NCBI RefSeq assembly: GCF_001194135.2 | Contig: NC_068992.1 | Coordinates: forward strand, 25,642,110-25,706,109 | DNA: 64,000 nucleotides | Direction of reading: 5' to 3' | DNA from: Octopus bimaculoides | Lineage: Eukaryota | Shown here: piece by piece, positions 1-12,909 of the stretch | Layout of the letters: the number at the start of each line of letters is the position of its first letter | Numbering within the stretch: position 1 is the first letter of the stretch | Program-made: the position numbers and the translations under genes | The notes under the pieces: model-generated | Database searches by the model: none | The model's input: only the letters and a program-made list of their open reading frames with translations | Told to the model about the DNA's origin: nothing

Positions 1-573
1 AAATACCATAATTAGTCTTAGATAAAGAAAGCAAACAAAAATATTCAATAAAATTAATGTATAAGAAAACACATAACGACTGTATTTTTTTTTAAATAAC
101 ATATTTTTTTACAATTTACCACAAATGTCATGCGTACTTTTATTGATTGGATGTCAGTAGTAAGCGGCTAATAGTTTGTATTTATACGTATTTATGGTTT
201 ACTCATCCATAAGATTTACAATTCAAAAACATAATTGTGTTTTTTTTTTTTTGGCTCCTCATTTTATCAAATAATTCAAGGCAGTCAGAAAACAACAGAA
301 AAAAAGTAGTTATGCTTAATGGTTTTTATGATAGGCAACACGTGTCAAACTTTGGGCGAAGATGATATTAATTGTAATAGACTGCAGGATATAAAAGCGT
401 AATTTATTTTAACAAGCCTTGGATACGAAAAGGAAATGCAACCGTCGTCTTAAATATTGGAAATAGCGCATAAACGTTTGCAATTAAAGGCAGTGATTTG
501 TAAGTTTATATATACATGTGTGTGTGTATGTGTGTGTGTAAATACATATAATTATGTGTGTGTATGTTTAGAT

Positions 574-730
574 GTAGCTGTGTGATAAATAACTCGATAC
601 CCAACCATATGGTTCAGGGTTCAATCCCGCTGCATGGCATATTGGACGAATGTTGTCTACTATATCCTCCGACCGATCAAAGAATTGTTGGTGGATTTGG
701 TAGAAGGAACCTGAAAGAAGCCCGTGATAT
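574..730 (+). mobile_element. tRNA-derived SINE family A, 5' part (degenerate)
   Basis: Matches the fuller copy at 31437-31828: gtagctgtgtg...cccaaccatatggttcagggttcaatccc...ggatttggtagaaggaacctgaaagaagcccgt. Confidence 0.8.
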
Positions 731-904
731 ACATATCTATACCTATATATTTACTTATATAGGTGTGTGTGTATGTGTGTATACCTAGGTGTGTGTGTAT
801 GCACGCGCGTTTGTGCGTATGCATGTGTGTGTACATACAAACACGCACACATACATACGAACAAACATATTTAAAAGGCATTTTACCTCGCCTAACGTTT
901 CCAG

Positions 905-1015
905 TACTAGATATACGATCATAAGGTCGATTGTTCAGTTTTTGCACCGCGTTTCCCTTGTGACCTTAAGGAAGTTACATGTATGATGCCCCAGTCCACT
1001 CAGCCAAAATGCGAA
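905..1015 (+). mobile_element. SINE family C fragment
   Basis: acgatcataaggtcg...ccccagtccactcagccaaaatg resembles 24729-25045. Confidence 0.5.
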
Positions 1016-2559
1016 TCAGACACAATGGTGTTACAGCACCCTACTCTCACTGACTATCATTTTATCTGTATCTTGTTAGTCTATGTCTGTCTTGCTTTCT
1101 CCCTATCTCTGTCTCAGTCTGTCTCTTTCTCTCTCGCTCTCTCTTTTTCTGTTGGCCTCTCTCTCACTCACTCTATATGCGTCCTTAGTACTTCTTAATG
1201 TTCATATAACTATAGAGATACATATTTTCCACAGCCTCTGTCACTCAATGACTTCGTTCTGGTAATTTGCTATTTTCTCTGTGCCTCTCGTATTGATTAT
1301 CCATCATTTGGGACAATTAATCCAATTACCTGGCACTTTCTACACTCTTTGTCTACCACTACTACATGAAGCCTTCTAGCTTCTATTACTCTATCAGTGT
1401 GAATGTTAAAATCCCACAACGTCTTATATTTCTTACTTTCTAACATTTTACTAAGTTCATATTCATACCACTTAGTATCGCCAAATCCTAGCTTTCTATG
1501 TAGTTTCCAGTGGCTTATTCTCCTTAGGTTTTCATGTCTTTTCTTGTATTCTTACTGTGACAGCATACTCCATTCACTAACCATGTGAGTAACACTTTCC
1601 CTCTTTGATTAACGTCATCTATATTAGGATTCTACCTGATAGTTGTCTTGGCTTTTAACGATATCGTTTTGAGTTGCTTACGTATATATATTTAGAAGTT
1701 GTCAGAGTTTGAAACGTTTTGTTATATAAACTTTGTCTAAGCCAGTAAAAACACACACGTTTGGTTGACTTTCCCTTTCACGCTACGTTGAGAATTGAAT
1801 TTGTAAAAATGAATTTGAAATGTTATTTTGAAAGATACTTATTTTACGAAGACGTCGGATTCTTCAGAAAACAAATCTGTGGGGCAAACGTAGGATAGAA
1901 GTCGTGCATATCAGACTCTCTTTCATTTATCCTCTTGAAGACGAGGAAAGAGAAAGTTTTTCGAACACTCAAAGATGAAAGAAGGGAGAATGTATAACTG
2001 CTATTGCACAAAGAAACAGTAAAAATAACAGGAGCAAAAACAAAAGCAGTGTCCAGCATCTACAGAAGCATGCACAGCCGCATTATCGACGGTAGGTAAA
2101 CAGCGGAGGCGATAAGATGTTTGCATTGCTGTAATTTTCAAGTTAAAATCTTCTACCTGTGTTACTGCAACAAACAACAGTAACACAAACACCAATGACA
2201 TTAAACAAAAGAAGCAACAACAGTGGTATACGTATAAATGACAAACCCGATAGTAGCAACGCTGGCAATAGCGGCAGTGATGGCGTCAAGAATGCCGGTG
2301 GTATAATAAGTGCAACGGGAAAGGCGGCAGCAATAAATTTGTCAAGACCACCAATGCAACAACAACTATAAAATAGTAAGACTTCTGTCACTGCAGTAGT
2401 CTCCGAAATGGTACCATGTAGTTCCGAGTTCAAGGTAACTCAGCAAAATTAGAACATTAGAAAAATATAGAATAGAAAGTCAGATCATGCATTCTGAACT
2501 GCAACTAAATATGGATGCATGAGTTTAAAAATTATTTGCTTAGGCCAACAAGGGAACCA

Positions 2560-4100
2560 AAACATTTCTAAATGCTTGCGATTTTAGACGAAGTGGTAAT
2601 GAAGGATCTGGCTGTTGTCTTTCCTGTTTTAATTCCAGATGTGAAAAACTGCGTGCTTCTGTGCACCTCTATCCCCCGAAATATACTCTTCATGCGATAT
2701 ATCTTAAAGAGTGTAGAGAAATGAGATATCGACAATGGGATAGTAATTTGTTTTAGTGGAAAGCTTCCGATAACGTCGACAAAGATAGCAGTTTTAATGT
2801 GGCGAGATTTGCGCCAATTTCAGGACCAGAATGAGATTACAGTATTGTACAACAGATTCTGATCGACGGATAGAATAATTGAACAGCTCTGACAAACTTT
2901 CGTAACCGTCAGGAATCTCCTTTCTCGGCGGCTACTCTGCACATAATGGCTTTGAAGCCGTTGTTGTGAAATCTAAAACCTCTAAGGAGTATTCCTGAAT
3001 GTACGGAAGCAGTAGAACGGTGTGGGCATTCGTGGAATAATCTCGGATACTACTAGAGATGAGTCGAATAGAATTCTTCTGCAGGAATATGAAACGGCAG
3101 TAGGTGAAAGTATGAAATGTTATCTGGGCTGCAGCTTGTCTATGGAAGTAAATATATGCTGTCTGATGGTATCCTAAGCAGTATATGTACAGACCGCTTA
3201 ATTCACTTGGTGCATTTTCTTGTTCCGATTACTAAGTGGGGCAGAAAACAAGGTGGAAAGTCTTAACCAGAAGTGACCCCACAAACCAAGCTGAAAGATC
3301 GGACAAAGTTGGAGACTACCTACGTTTACTTACATTACTGTTTACTTCCTGAGCGTCGTCCTTTTTTAGGTAGGAGCGTCTACTCATAGGTTTTTTTATG
3401 GATTGGGTGCATTGTATTAGACAGTCTATTTGTTATCATCAGCATTTGTGTGATAAGTGAGGTATGTCGCAACAGCCGATATGCTGACGCGCTCAGACAG
3501 AGCAGCCTAAACTGTTCTAGACTGAGTAGTTATGACTGCCGCTAGTCTGGGATGATTTCCTACAACTTGTCCCTTGATGTAGGTAATATCAAAGGTCCAG
3601 CAGAAGATTGGGACGAGACCCTTGCACTTGGAAACCATCAAGCTCTAAGTACATACACTCAGATGGGTAATAGGATTACTGTAAGTATTGATCAAGCAAT
3701 TTGTATCGAGCAATTGCATGGACGAACAACAGTGTCCTCGAATGAGGTCTATTATTTGACTAACAGGGAGGCATTCGTTCCGGGCGATTATCTGCTCCTT
3801 ATCTTTGGAAACTATTGATGCGGTAGTTGTTCCGAGAGTTTTACTCTACTGAAACGGAAATGATGTCAGACGAGTCTGTTTGGATATTACTGATTTGTGG
3901 ATATGTAGAACTGTTTCTGCATTAGACATGCCTCCAGAGAGACGGATCCTGCTATCAGCGAAGTGCATTGTCTTACCCCTCTATCTGTTATCAGCGAAGT
4001 TCATTGTCTTGCCGCACTCCTTAATAGGAATTTCAGTGTATCTCGTATTGATTCAAAGGCGGTGATATACAATATGTGGTGGGTGAAGTTTGAAATCTTG
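2560..4100 (-). mobile_element. Degenerate DIRS-like tyrosine-recombinase retrotransposon (RNase H, Dam-like MTase and YR remnants)
   Basis: Minus-strand translation gives RNase H-like RIRL..N.ETVLHIHK...RLTS and IIARN..LPVSQ.IIDLIR, then MTase C-terminal-like TVILLP...RA*WFP...PLILPTSRDKL, then YR-like LLRGF and LKTAIF. This is DIRS domain order, with many stops and frameshifts. Confidence 0.5.
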
Positions 4101-4819
4101 AGTCGAGTCCTCATAAACCCTCTCACGCTTCATTTAGAAACAGGGTAAGATAAAAGGGGCGGTGATTCAAATATATTTATTGAAAGCTGGATGAGAATTT
4201 TGAAAATGTTAAAAGTTGATGCAACAGCGTTCAGTATTAGTTTTCGGTTGAAGAGGGTGCCTTTCTTTTGTATCCAGGCTGTAACATGTAGACATAATGC
4301 GATTTCCATATTATTTATTTACATATTTTACATATCCGATTCTCTGCAAACTACAAAATATGAGGAGGGAATCAAAATGTTTCCGTATAAGATTTTAAAT
4401 AATTTATACTCATTTACCTTTCTAAAAATGTTTTTAGATCCTTTATGTTACATGTTCATTTTTATTTCTATATTTTCTTTAATTTCAATTGGTATACAAC
4501 AAATAATATTTGGCAGTGTATATAAAACTATTGTAAAAGTTATCGAATATTTTAAAATATCTTTTAATTTCTATTTAATTCATTCAGGGATGATCTGTAA
4601 ATAGCTAATTTTAAATTAGAAACATGATGCAAGATGTAGTGAAATTTAAGCTTAATCGATTACAAACGTAAAACTAAACAAAAATAAAATAACGCAATAT
4701 CCATCTCTACCTAAGAATTAAGGAAAATCAAGAATCGATTTTAAAAAAACTAAAGACAAAAGCAAAATAAACCGAATATAGTGGAATTGAAAGTGTATAG
4801 GTGTAAGAGTAGATTTTAG

Positions 4820-4920
4820 TGCCAGTGCGGGATGCATTGGACAAGGGTCTTCGACTAAAGCCTCGGTCAGACCAAAACCTTCTAAGGGGAATTGATTGAC
4901 GGACACCAAAAGAAGTCCAC

Positions 4921-4961
<41 letters not shown>

Positions 4962-5210
4962 ATGTTTGTGTATGTGTATATGTCTATGTGTGTGTATTTC
5001 TCTTTGTGTCCGTCCCTATGTCCTCCATTATCGCTTGGCAGCCGATGATGGTGTGTTGATGTCCCCGTAAACTAGCGGTTCGGGAAGAGAGCTCGATCGA
5101 ATAACTACCAGATTAAAAAAAATACGTACGAGGTTCGACTAAGATTCTTCAAGGTGCGTTGCTCCAGCATGACCTCAGTCTACTGACTGAAAGAAATAAA
5201 ATATAAAAGA
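4820..5210 (+). mobile_element. SINE family A (5'-degenerate)
   Basis: Internal TA/TG microsatellite and the tail gtccccgtaaactagcggttcgg...gctccagcatgacctcagtc...actgaaagaaataaaa. Confidence 0.8.
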
Positions 5211-6589
5211 CAAACAATGTTAGATACACCAATCGGTTATTACTTTTCTTGATAATCTTGTCATTGTTCTTCTCTTAATTAATTATCATAATTAATCGTT
5301 GTATTTTATGACATATTTAGTTTACTGTATTCTATGAAATTACTCTTTCCACATTTTCCTCTCTCCATTGCTATATTTCGTTCTATTTTTTAGCGTTTTC
5401 TTCTTCAATAATATTTCTTCAGTTTTTCTTCTTATTTTATAGATTTCAAAAATCAAATGGAATTGTATTCCAGCAGGGTAAACAGAAGATTCAGAAAATA
5501 AATATTCATGAGTAATTTGTCGCTGTAGAAACAGAATAGAAGCGTGTGATTCATGGTTCAATCCTCCATAGAATATATTTTACAAGAAGAAATATTCGAC
5601 GCCAAGTAAATTGGAAAGAAAGGGGACAATTTGAAGGACATTTAAATTTAGAATTCTTGTTTCTTTATTTTCCGCTAATGATTATTATTGTTATCCGTTT
5701 CAAAACAAGTGAAAGGCGTAGTGTGTGAAGCATATTTCGTGTGATCAAATATTTATTGTAATCAATTCAGAAACAATTTTTGGAATGTGTTGGAAAGTAG
5801 AGGAATCAATTAAACTTCCAGAATTTTAATTCTAAAACCTATTACAGCTGTGTGAATATAAAGGTGACAATGGCGGCGATTTTTTCCGAGTATGGCAATA
5901 GTAATAGTAACGGTAATAATAAAAACGATACACCAATACTAGTAATAATCGCAAAAAATAATATTGCTAATCCTAACAACAAAATATATGATACTACCAA
6001 TATTGAGAAACGCGATAAAATCAGTAATAATTAATAACTAAAACATTAAAATTAATAACAATGATGAAATAAAATAATATAAAAATTATGATATAAACAT
6101 AGTACAATAATAAGAGCAAAACTAACAGAACCCCTGATATCGCTGCCTGGATAATAGCAATAAATAAACAGAAATGTTTTTTTTAGAGTCACGAATATTA
6201 TTCTCTTTTTTTCTGGGGTGTGGGGGGGGGGAGTAATTAAACATTAAAGACGATAAAGCGACAAGGATGCAGATCGATTAGACAGAAAAGGGGAGATGTT
6301 TGAAGAAGATTAATTGAAAAATGTGCGAGTGCTAAAGAAAAAATGCTGAACTCAAAAGAATATGAGTTAAAAGATACCTAAAATGTTTTCGAAGAAGTTT
6401 AAATGCAATGAAAATTACAGAGGTTTGGCAATTAAATTGCTAACAAGAAATGTAAAACAATAATGAGAAATCTTAGGGTTTGGATGGAATAATTATGCTT
6501 TAAGATACTTCCTGGGAACTTCCATCCAATAATACCAGATTCCAATTAACGGCAAAACAATAGAATGAGTGATGGAATGATATAATAGT

Positions 6590-6760
6590 AATGCCGCTAC
6601 TGCTGCTGCTGATAATGATGATGATGATGATGATGATGATGGGGTGGAGTGTGGGTGATGGTGGGGTGGCGATGGTGGTGCTGGTAGTGATGATGATGAT
6701 GATATTGATGATGAGGATGATAATGATGATGAGGATGATAGTGATGTCTTCTGCAGACCA
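6590..6760. repeat. Compound (GAT)n/(GTG)n microsatellite
   Basis: Direct trinucleotide repeats; source of the poly-M/I/H ORFs. Confidence 0.95.
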
Positions 6761-7592
6761 CACGTGTGACGGATTGAAAGACGTTACAAGGAGAAATTTC
6801 CGAACCACGGGGTTCACACATTGTCAAGTAGTAGAAAAGAGGCATTAACAAGAACAGCAACAACAACAACAAAACAGAATAACAATTTATAACAAACAAA
6901 AAACACTTCAGTTTTATTAGATTTTGTTTTATTTCAGTTCAGTATCAGATGTCTGTTTGGGTAGCCATTGCTTAGTATTGATAGTAAACCTCAACATTTC
7001 TTTTGTCATAAGATAGCGTTGAGTACACCTCCTGGCGAGAATGAAAATTATTGGACACTTTACGATTTCGAACAGTTTAATGCTTTTAAGAAAGAGTTCC
7101 GGTTTGAATTAATTGCTATGGTTTTGAAATCTGATAGTTTTGTGCTCCAAAGAATAATGTTTACCATTATTTTTTCTGCGCATATGGTATGCACGTACGA
7201 GAAAGAGAGCATATCTTCAGTGAAACAGAATGAAGCAGAGGGAGAAGGAAAGGCGTAAATTTCCGTTTCTTCAATAAATAAAATCTGTAACTAACAGAAA
7301 TAACTTTCAACGAGGAATATTTTGGAAGGAGTGTTCTTTGTAGTATTTAGCATGAAAGTATTCCGTATGGATTTATTTGTAATATAAGTTGGTTTAATGA
7401 TAAAAAAAATTGTTTCTACTAAGCCGTATCTATGATAACGCTTTCTATTTCTTAATGAAGCTTTTTCGGTTGTTTTACGACAATATTCCTATGCAGAAAT
7501 GGATGAATTTATTCTCATGCATCTTGCATTTACCAGAATACCATAAACTCTCTCTTGGTGTAACAAGAAAGAACACTATTATCGGTGCAGAC

Positions 7593-7740
7593 GTAGATGT
7601 GTAAGAAGAGGCTTGCTTCCCAAGCACATGGTCCCGGGTTCAGTCTCAATGCGTTTCATCTTGGGAAAGTGTTTTCTACTATAGCTTCGAGCAGATCAAA
7701 CATTTGTATGTCAATTTAGGAGAAGGAAACAGAAAGAAGT
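7593..7740 (+). mobile_element. SINE family A, 5' part
   Basis: gcttgcttcccaagcacatggtcccgggttcagtctc...ttctactatagcttcgagcagatcaaa. Confidence 0.8.
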
Positions 7741-8506
7741 TAAAATATATTCAGTTAAGAACGTAATAGAGTACAGTATAAAGTACGTCAGCCTTCAGAT
7801 TTCACCCTTTGCTATCCTGTAGTAGTAGTAGTATACATACTTTCAGGTTTACGTTGAGGTTTCTGTCGTATGTGAATAGATAATTGATAAAGCTGGAGTC
7901 AACGACAAGGAGTACGGTTGGATATCAATTTTCAATCACTACAATTGTTTCTACGCAGGAGTGCAGATATTTGATTATGCAACTGCTTCCCTACATTATG
8001 AGATCTAGCTGCGTTTCTTCGGGAGATATGTAAATATTGTCTCTGTAAATTCAAATTCTCGGCATCAAGAGAACCCTCTCTTTCTGTCGTGGGCTGAAGT
8101 TAGCACTGAGTATATCAAAGTGTGTTGTTGCTGAAGGATCGTTTGTAAATTGCTTTGAATGTGTATATGTAGTGAGATGGTGATTCTGTTACTGTTAAAG
8201 TGCTTGCTGTTTTAAAGAAATTTGGATTTGATTTCTGTGTACTGTTGATTTCTTCTTCATGGTTGGTTACACATGTGATTGTCCTTAGCTGACCTTTACG
8301 AATCCGCCCACACATACACAGATATGGTCGTTGACATATACATCCATATACATACTAATGATCTAACACATACTACACACACACATGCACACAAAAATAT
8401 ACGAAAATGTAGTGCACTCACATACATACACATATACAAATATATACACATTTACGCTCCCATATACATATACATCTTTCAATCATATATGTATATATAT
8501 ATATAG

Positions 8507-9445
8507 GTCGGGTCGTTTACGCTACTGGTACCATGTAACTCAGTACTACCGGTCGTAAGGTCGGGTCGGCGGCGGCTAAGCCGGCTCCCCCAACAATTCC
8601 ACTTCGTGAGGAGGGGATATATTGGACACCCTGCAGGACTAAAAACAAGATCTGTAAAAGGGCGCAAGACCATATACTCATACGTGGTAAATGGAAACTC
8701 TACATCATGCATACAATAAGTTTTGAAGTAATAAAAGTCCCTAACCGTATTGATGTGTTGAAATTAAGGGACTCTAAGGTGCAAGCGAATCTTAGAAATG
8801 CTATTGGAGAAGCGGAATTTGATGGAACTTGGGCAAAGTTTAAGACCACTATTTACAATGTTGTAGTTGGGGTTCTTGGTTTCAGAAATAGAAAACATCG
8901 GGACTAGTTTGATGAAAAGAATCTCACAGACCAATAAACTTCTTGAAGATAAAAGTAAGTTGCATCAAAAATACCTCGGTGCTCCAGATGTGATTAAAAA
9001 GCCCTTACTGCACTCTCTCAAAAGGATAAAATCATCACACCAAAGAAAGATACGACAAATGAAAAACAAACGGTGGTCGGATATGTCTGAAAAAATCCAG
9101 AAAGCGTATAACAGCAAAGATCTGAAAACAGTGTATCACTTGATCGGACAAGTGTTTGGTCCTTGGTCTTCATTTGTGGTACCACTCATGGCTAAAGACA
9201 GCTGCTTTCTCTTCAAGGAACATGAAGGTATCATGAACCGTTGTACTGAGCACTTCACTGATTTATTTTATAATCTTTCAGGTATTGATGAAAATGACAT
9301 CAGTAATCTGCCCCAAAACGATATCATTCATGAGATGATGGAACATCTAAATATAGATGAGATGAAAAAGACAATCAAAGAATTAAATACTGGGAAGATA
9401 CCAGGTACTGACGGTATTTCTGTTGAAATTGTCCTCCAGTGTTGC
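8507..9445 (+). mobile_element. RTE-clade LINE fragment: 5' UTR joined to the EN-RT linker region
   Basis: 8507-8690 is similar to 47382-47580. ORFs 8707-8907 and 8867-9463 give W..FKTTIY...LGFRNRKHRD, RCTEHFTDLF and KELNTGKIPGTDGISVE, typical of the RTE pre-RT region. Confidence 0.85.
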
Positions 9446-9464
9446 TGTAGAGAACCACCATAAG

Positions 9465-9788
9465 GTAGCAAACATCTGCTTTGGTGCACATCTGGTTTGG
9501 TTCACGGACACGTGTACCTTAAATATAGTTCTCAGGGAGATTCAGTGTGACACAGAGTGTGACAAGGCTGGCCCTTTGAAATACAGTTACAACAGAAACG
9601 GAAGAACGAGTGGGAGAGAGTTGTGGTGAAAGAGTACAGCAGAATTCGCCACCACTCCCTGCCGGAGCTTCGTGGAGATTTTAGATGTTTTCGATCACTA
9701 AACACTTATAACGGCCAGTCTGGGAATCAAAACCGTGATCCTACGACTGCGAGTCCGCTGCCCTAACCACTGTGCCATTGCACCTCCA
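9465..9788 (-). mobile_element. tRNA-derived SINE family D
   Basis: Reverse-complement head tggaggtgcaatggcacagtggttagggcagcggactcgcagtcgtaggatcacggttttgattcc carries A/B boxes; the 3' part is shared with family C. Confidence 0.85.
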
Positions 9789-9829
9789 TCATACAGATGT
9801 ATTAAAACGCAACTAGCCATGTAGGGGTT

Positions 9830-10045
9830 CCAATGTAGAGGAATAACTAATGGAACTTTTGTGAGCCGCGTTATTTTACCTGTTACAGTCTGTTAGCATC
9901 TTGACGGTGACCTCTACAGCAGCACTGGTCATCAGATGTACTGGAGTTTAAATAAACAGTTTGCCTTAAGCAAAACTTGAAAGCTGGAGAAGGAAACATG
10001 TCTTCATGAACAACAAATAGCCATTCACGAAAAATATATTTTCCA
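9830..10045 (-). pseudogene. Possible TIR-domain remnant
   Basis: Minus frame YIFREWLFVVHEDMFPSPAFKFCLRQ resembles the TIR stretch from FV..L...LE to FKLCLH.RD; short and then frameshifted. Confidence 0.35.
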
Positions 10046-10222
10046 GTCCTAAAGGACTGTATAGGTGAAGGAGCACTTTAACTTTGACTCACGGGCTGTC
10101 TAAATAGGGTGTAATTTGAGAGATATTTGGTTGCTGTTTCTATTAATTTGAGCAGCCTGGAATAAATGATCGCTTTAACTTAAGAAAAGTAGTTTATTAT
10201 TCACTGCACTTTTAATTTTTAG

Positions 10223-11060
10223 ATTGAACATCTGAAGTATGTGGGATGTGCCACTAGCCAATCTCTCTTTCATTTTCATCTCTTAAGTTTTCTCACCTAT
10301 CTAGTTCTTGAACTCCACGTCGGAATTAATCGATAAAAGCAATGATCAATGTTAGTGTCATCCAAGCAGCTTAGTCATAATGAAATACTTATGTCTCCTG
10401 AAATACAGAACTGTAGAGGATAACTAACTGAAGTTTGACACATGGAATAACGTTAAGTCAACAGCTGAAACAAAGCAGATACGACTCTATTTTACTAGTG
10501 AGATTTGCAAAAGTGAAATGAGATATTTTGCTGTTGAGGTGTAAATGCAATTTACCAAATATCAAAATCAATTCATAATATCAGCTCAATGAAAATTTAA
10601 CTATTCCAAGATATTTACCGTGTTCGTATACAGATGAATATGACTGAAGCTGTTCTTAATGTAAATGTCATTTAACTTTTAATCTGATGTTCGTGTATTT
10701 CTTAACGCAGTTGGTACTCTCAGGAATAAATAAATCGTTGAATTTCAATCACAAATGAAAATGAAGACTGAGCTTACCTTTATCTCTTGCCTGTGGATCA
10801 AGCAGAACATAAATTTGCAAGGCAGGAGTTGAATCAATTGAATTAAGATGTTTGCGGTAAGACAATGCCAGTAATGGTATTCATAATAGGAATATTTCAT
10901 ATTATGAAAAGGTCATGCATCTTGAACAAATATAATTTTTTGTGGATCAGAAAATTTATGTAACTGGTTGATATTTTAAAGAGCTGCCAGCAGATATTAA
11001 GGGAAAGCCCAAACCTATATAGCTAGATATGTTAGCGACAGAAATAGTACTAATACCAAG
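10223..11060 (+). pseudogene. 5' remnant of an LRR/TLR gene (paralog of the 11551 copy)
   Basis: Follows a ttttag acceptor; about 140 bp align to 11551-11680; signal-peptide-like LLSFLTYLVLELHVG. Confidence 0.4.
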
Positions 11061-12909
11061 AAGAAATATTTATCCCCACGTGGATGTCCTGTCAGAAAAA
11101 ACTGTATTGCGGAAATTGCTATGAACGAAACTATCGTATAGGCATTATGGTGCAGAATGCACTCCTACTTATATCACCTCGAGAAGCTAAATACCCGCTA
11201 CCTCCAACGCCGTGTCCACCAGCTTACATGATTTCGACCTTCTTTGGTCTTTTCAATGAGGGTCACTTGAATGCTAGACATCAGTAATTCGTCACCCTGC
11301 CTGCGATGTATAGATAGGTAACGTTCAGGTTTCGTGTGTATCGCTCGTTCGAAATGATGGCGTTCATTATACTGCATAAAATGCAACAAATATTTAGGGC
11401 TACTGTTTATCTATGCAGATCAGAACTTAATGATTTACGGGAGACACACTCAAATAAACCAATATTGTATGTTTATATAATCCGGACTGCCAGCTGACTC
11501 AGGGAATCAGAGGCATCAGCCATAGCCATCACTGAACTTTTAATCTTCAGATTGTACACCTGAAAGATGTGAGATGTACCACTACCCAATCTCTCTTCCA
11601 TTTTCATCTCCGTAAGTTTTCTCACGTTCGTTGTACTTGGCCTTAATGCCGGAGCTAATCGATCAAAAACAAGGATCAATGAATTGCAGCCATGGCTAGC
11701 CTATCTACCTTCATCTAGGACGAACCGGTCCAATACTTGTTCACAATCAGAAAGATGAGAGTGTTGGATATGAGAAACATTTCTGTGCTATTGCTGTATG
11801 TTTTGCGACCACTTAGACGCCATCCCATTACAGAAATATTTCAACAGGAGATTGCAATCTAATGAAATCTCCTTACTGTCAACATGTCGCTTCTTATATT
11901 GGTGCGTTGTTACTTCATTGCGGTACTTTGTTACAGCTACAAATATTAATATAGTTGAGTTAAAAGGGAAAGCTAACACACAAAAAGCGTCTTTGTTATG
12001 TTTGAAAGTATCTCATTTTGTAACTGACGTCAAACATAATGTTTAATGACTCGTCGAAAGTGGATTAATATTTAAATTCCTTATCAGGGACGTCTACGTC
12101 CGTGGGGATAGCTGTAATACTAACGCAGTATTACAATATAATAAGGAATATATCTCTACATATATAACTGAATCCATTGCAAGTATGTTTTTTTTTTGTT
12201 TTTGTTTTTTTTCAGAATGCCGCAGCAATTCGAACCGCAAGATATCCAAACTATTCCACAATGAAGAGTTTGTTGTCTACAATTGGAATTATAATGTGGT
12301 AGACATTCAGAATGAAGTACTGAAAATAAAGCAAAAACACTATTTAGTTCTATGATAAACGCGCACGCATGCACACATATATACATGTGCGCACACACAC
12401 AAACACACACAGCAATCGTAAACAGAAATCCGTTCGTATATATAAAAGCTGTGAAAACTGAAAGAAACAAATACTCTAAAGGAAGCCCAATGAAAGCTAG
12501 AAAATCGTATTTGTTACTTGACGATAAATGAGTAGCAAATAAGATATTTTTGCGCTCAAAAACTTACTCACCATTTACAAATGATGCAGAAATGGGTAAT
12601 GAATAGTGTACATTGTAGACATTGAAGTAAATATATGCTGACGTACCTGAGAAACAGCTGATTTTGAATCATTCCTTTCGTGTGGATTCGAGAAAATAAG
12701 TGAAGTTTTTTTAATGTTCATCTAGTTTCTACTTCAAGGCAATTTCCTCATTCGTATTAGACGAAACGGTGTGTAAGTAATTAAATTTAAGGGAATATAC
12801 AATTTCCCGAAATTTTTATACAAAATTAGCAATAGTGATAGTGTGTTGTTCATAAAGACACAATTACAAATCGTTGTAAAAATCAGTTATTGCTGAGTCG
12901 ACAAAAATA

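Larger units (their letters stand above)
4190..7590 (+). pseudogene. Decayed Toll-like receptor (LRRs, TM, TIR start)
   Basis: LRR-like HNAISIL in ORF 4191-4604, GQFEGHLNLEFLFL (~5622-5665) and FKILPGNFHP (~6500). TM/juxtamembrane GVFFVVFSMKVFRMDLFV (~7327-7382). tatgataacgctttctatttcttaatg (7431) restores to YDAF-ISY-NE (TIR box 1) with small indels. Interrupted by SINEs and microsatellites. Confidence 0.55.

Noticed and set aside
3552-3818. Plus-strand 88-aa ORF as a real gene
   Set aside because: It is antisense to the DIRS-like remnant and has no recognisable motif.
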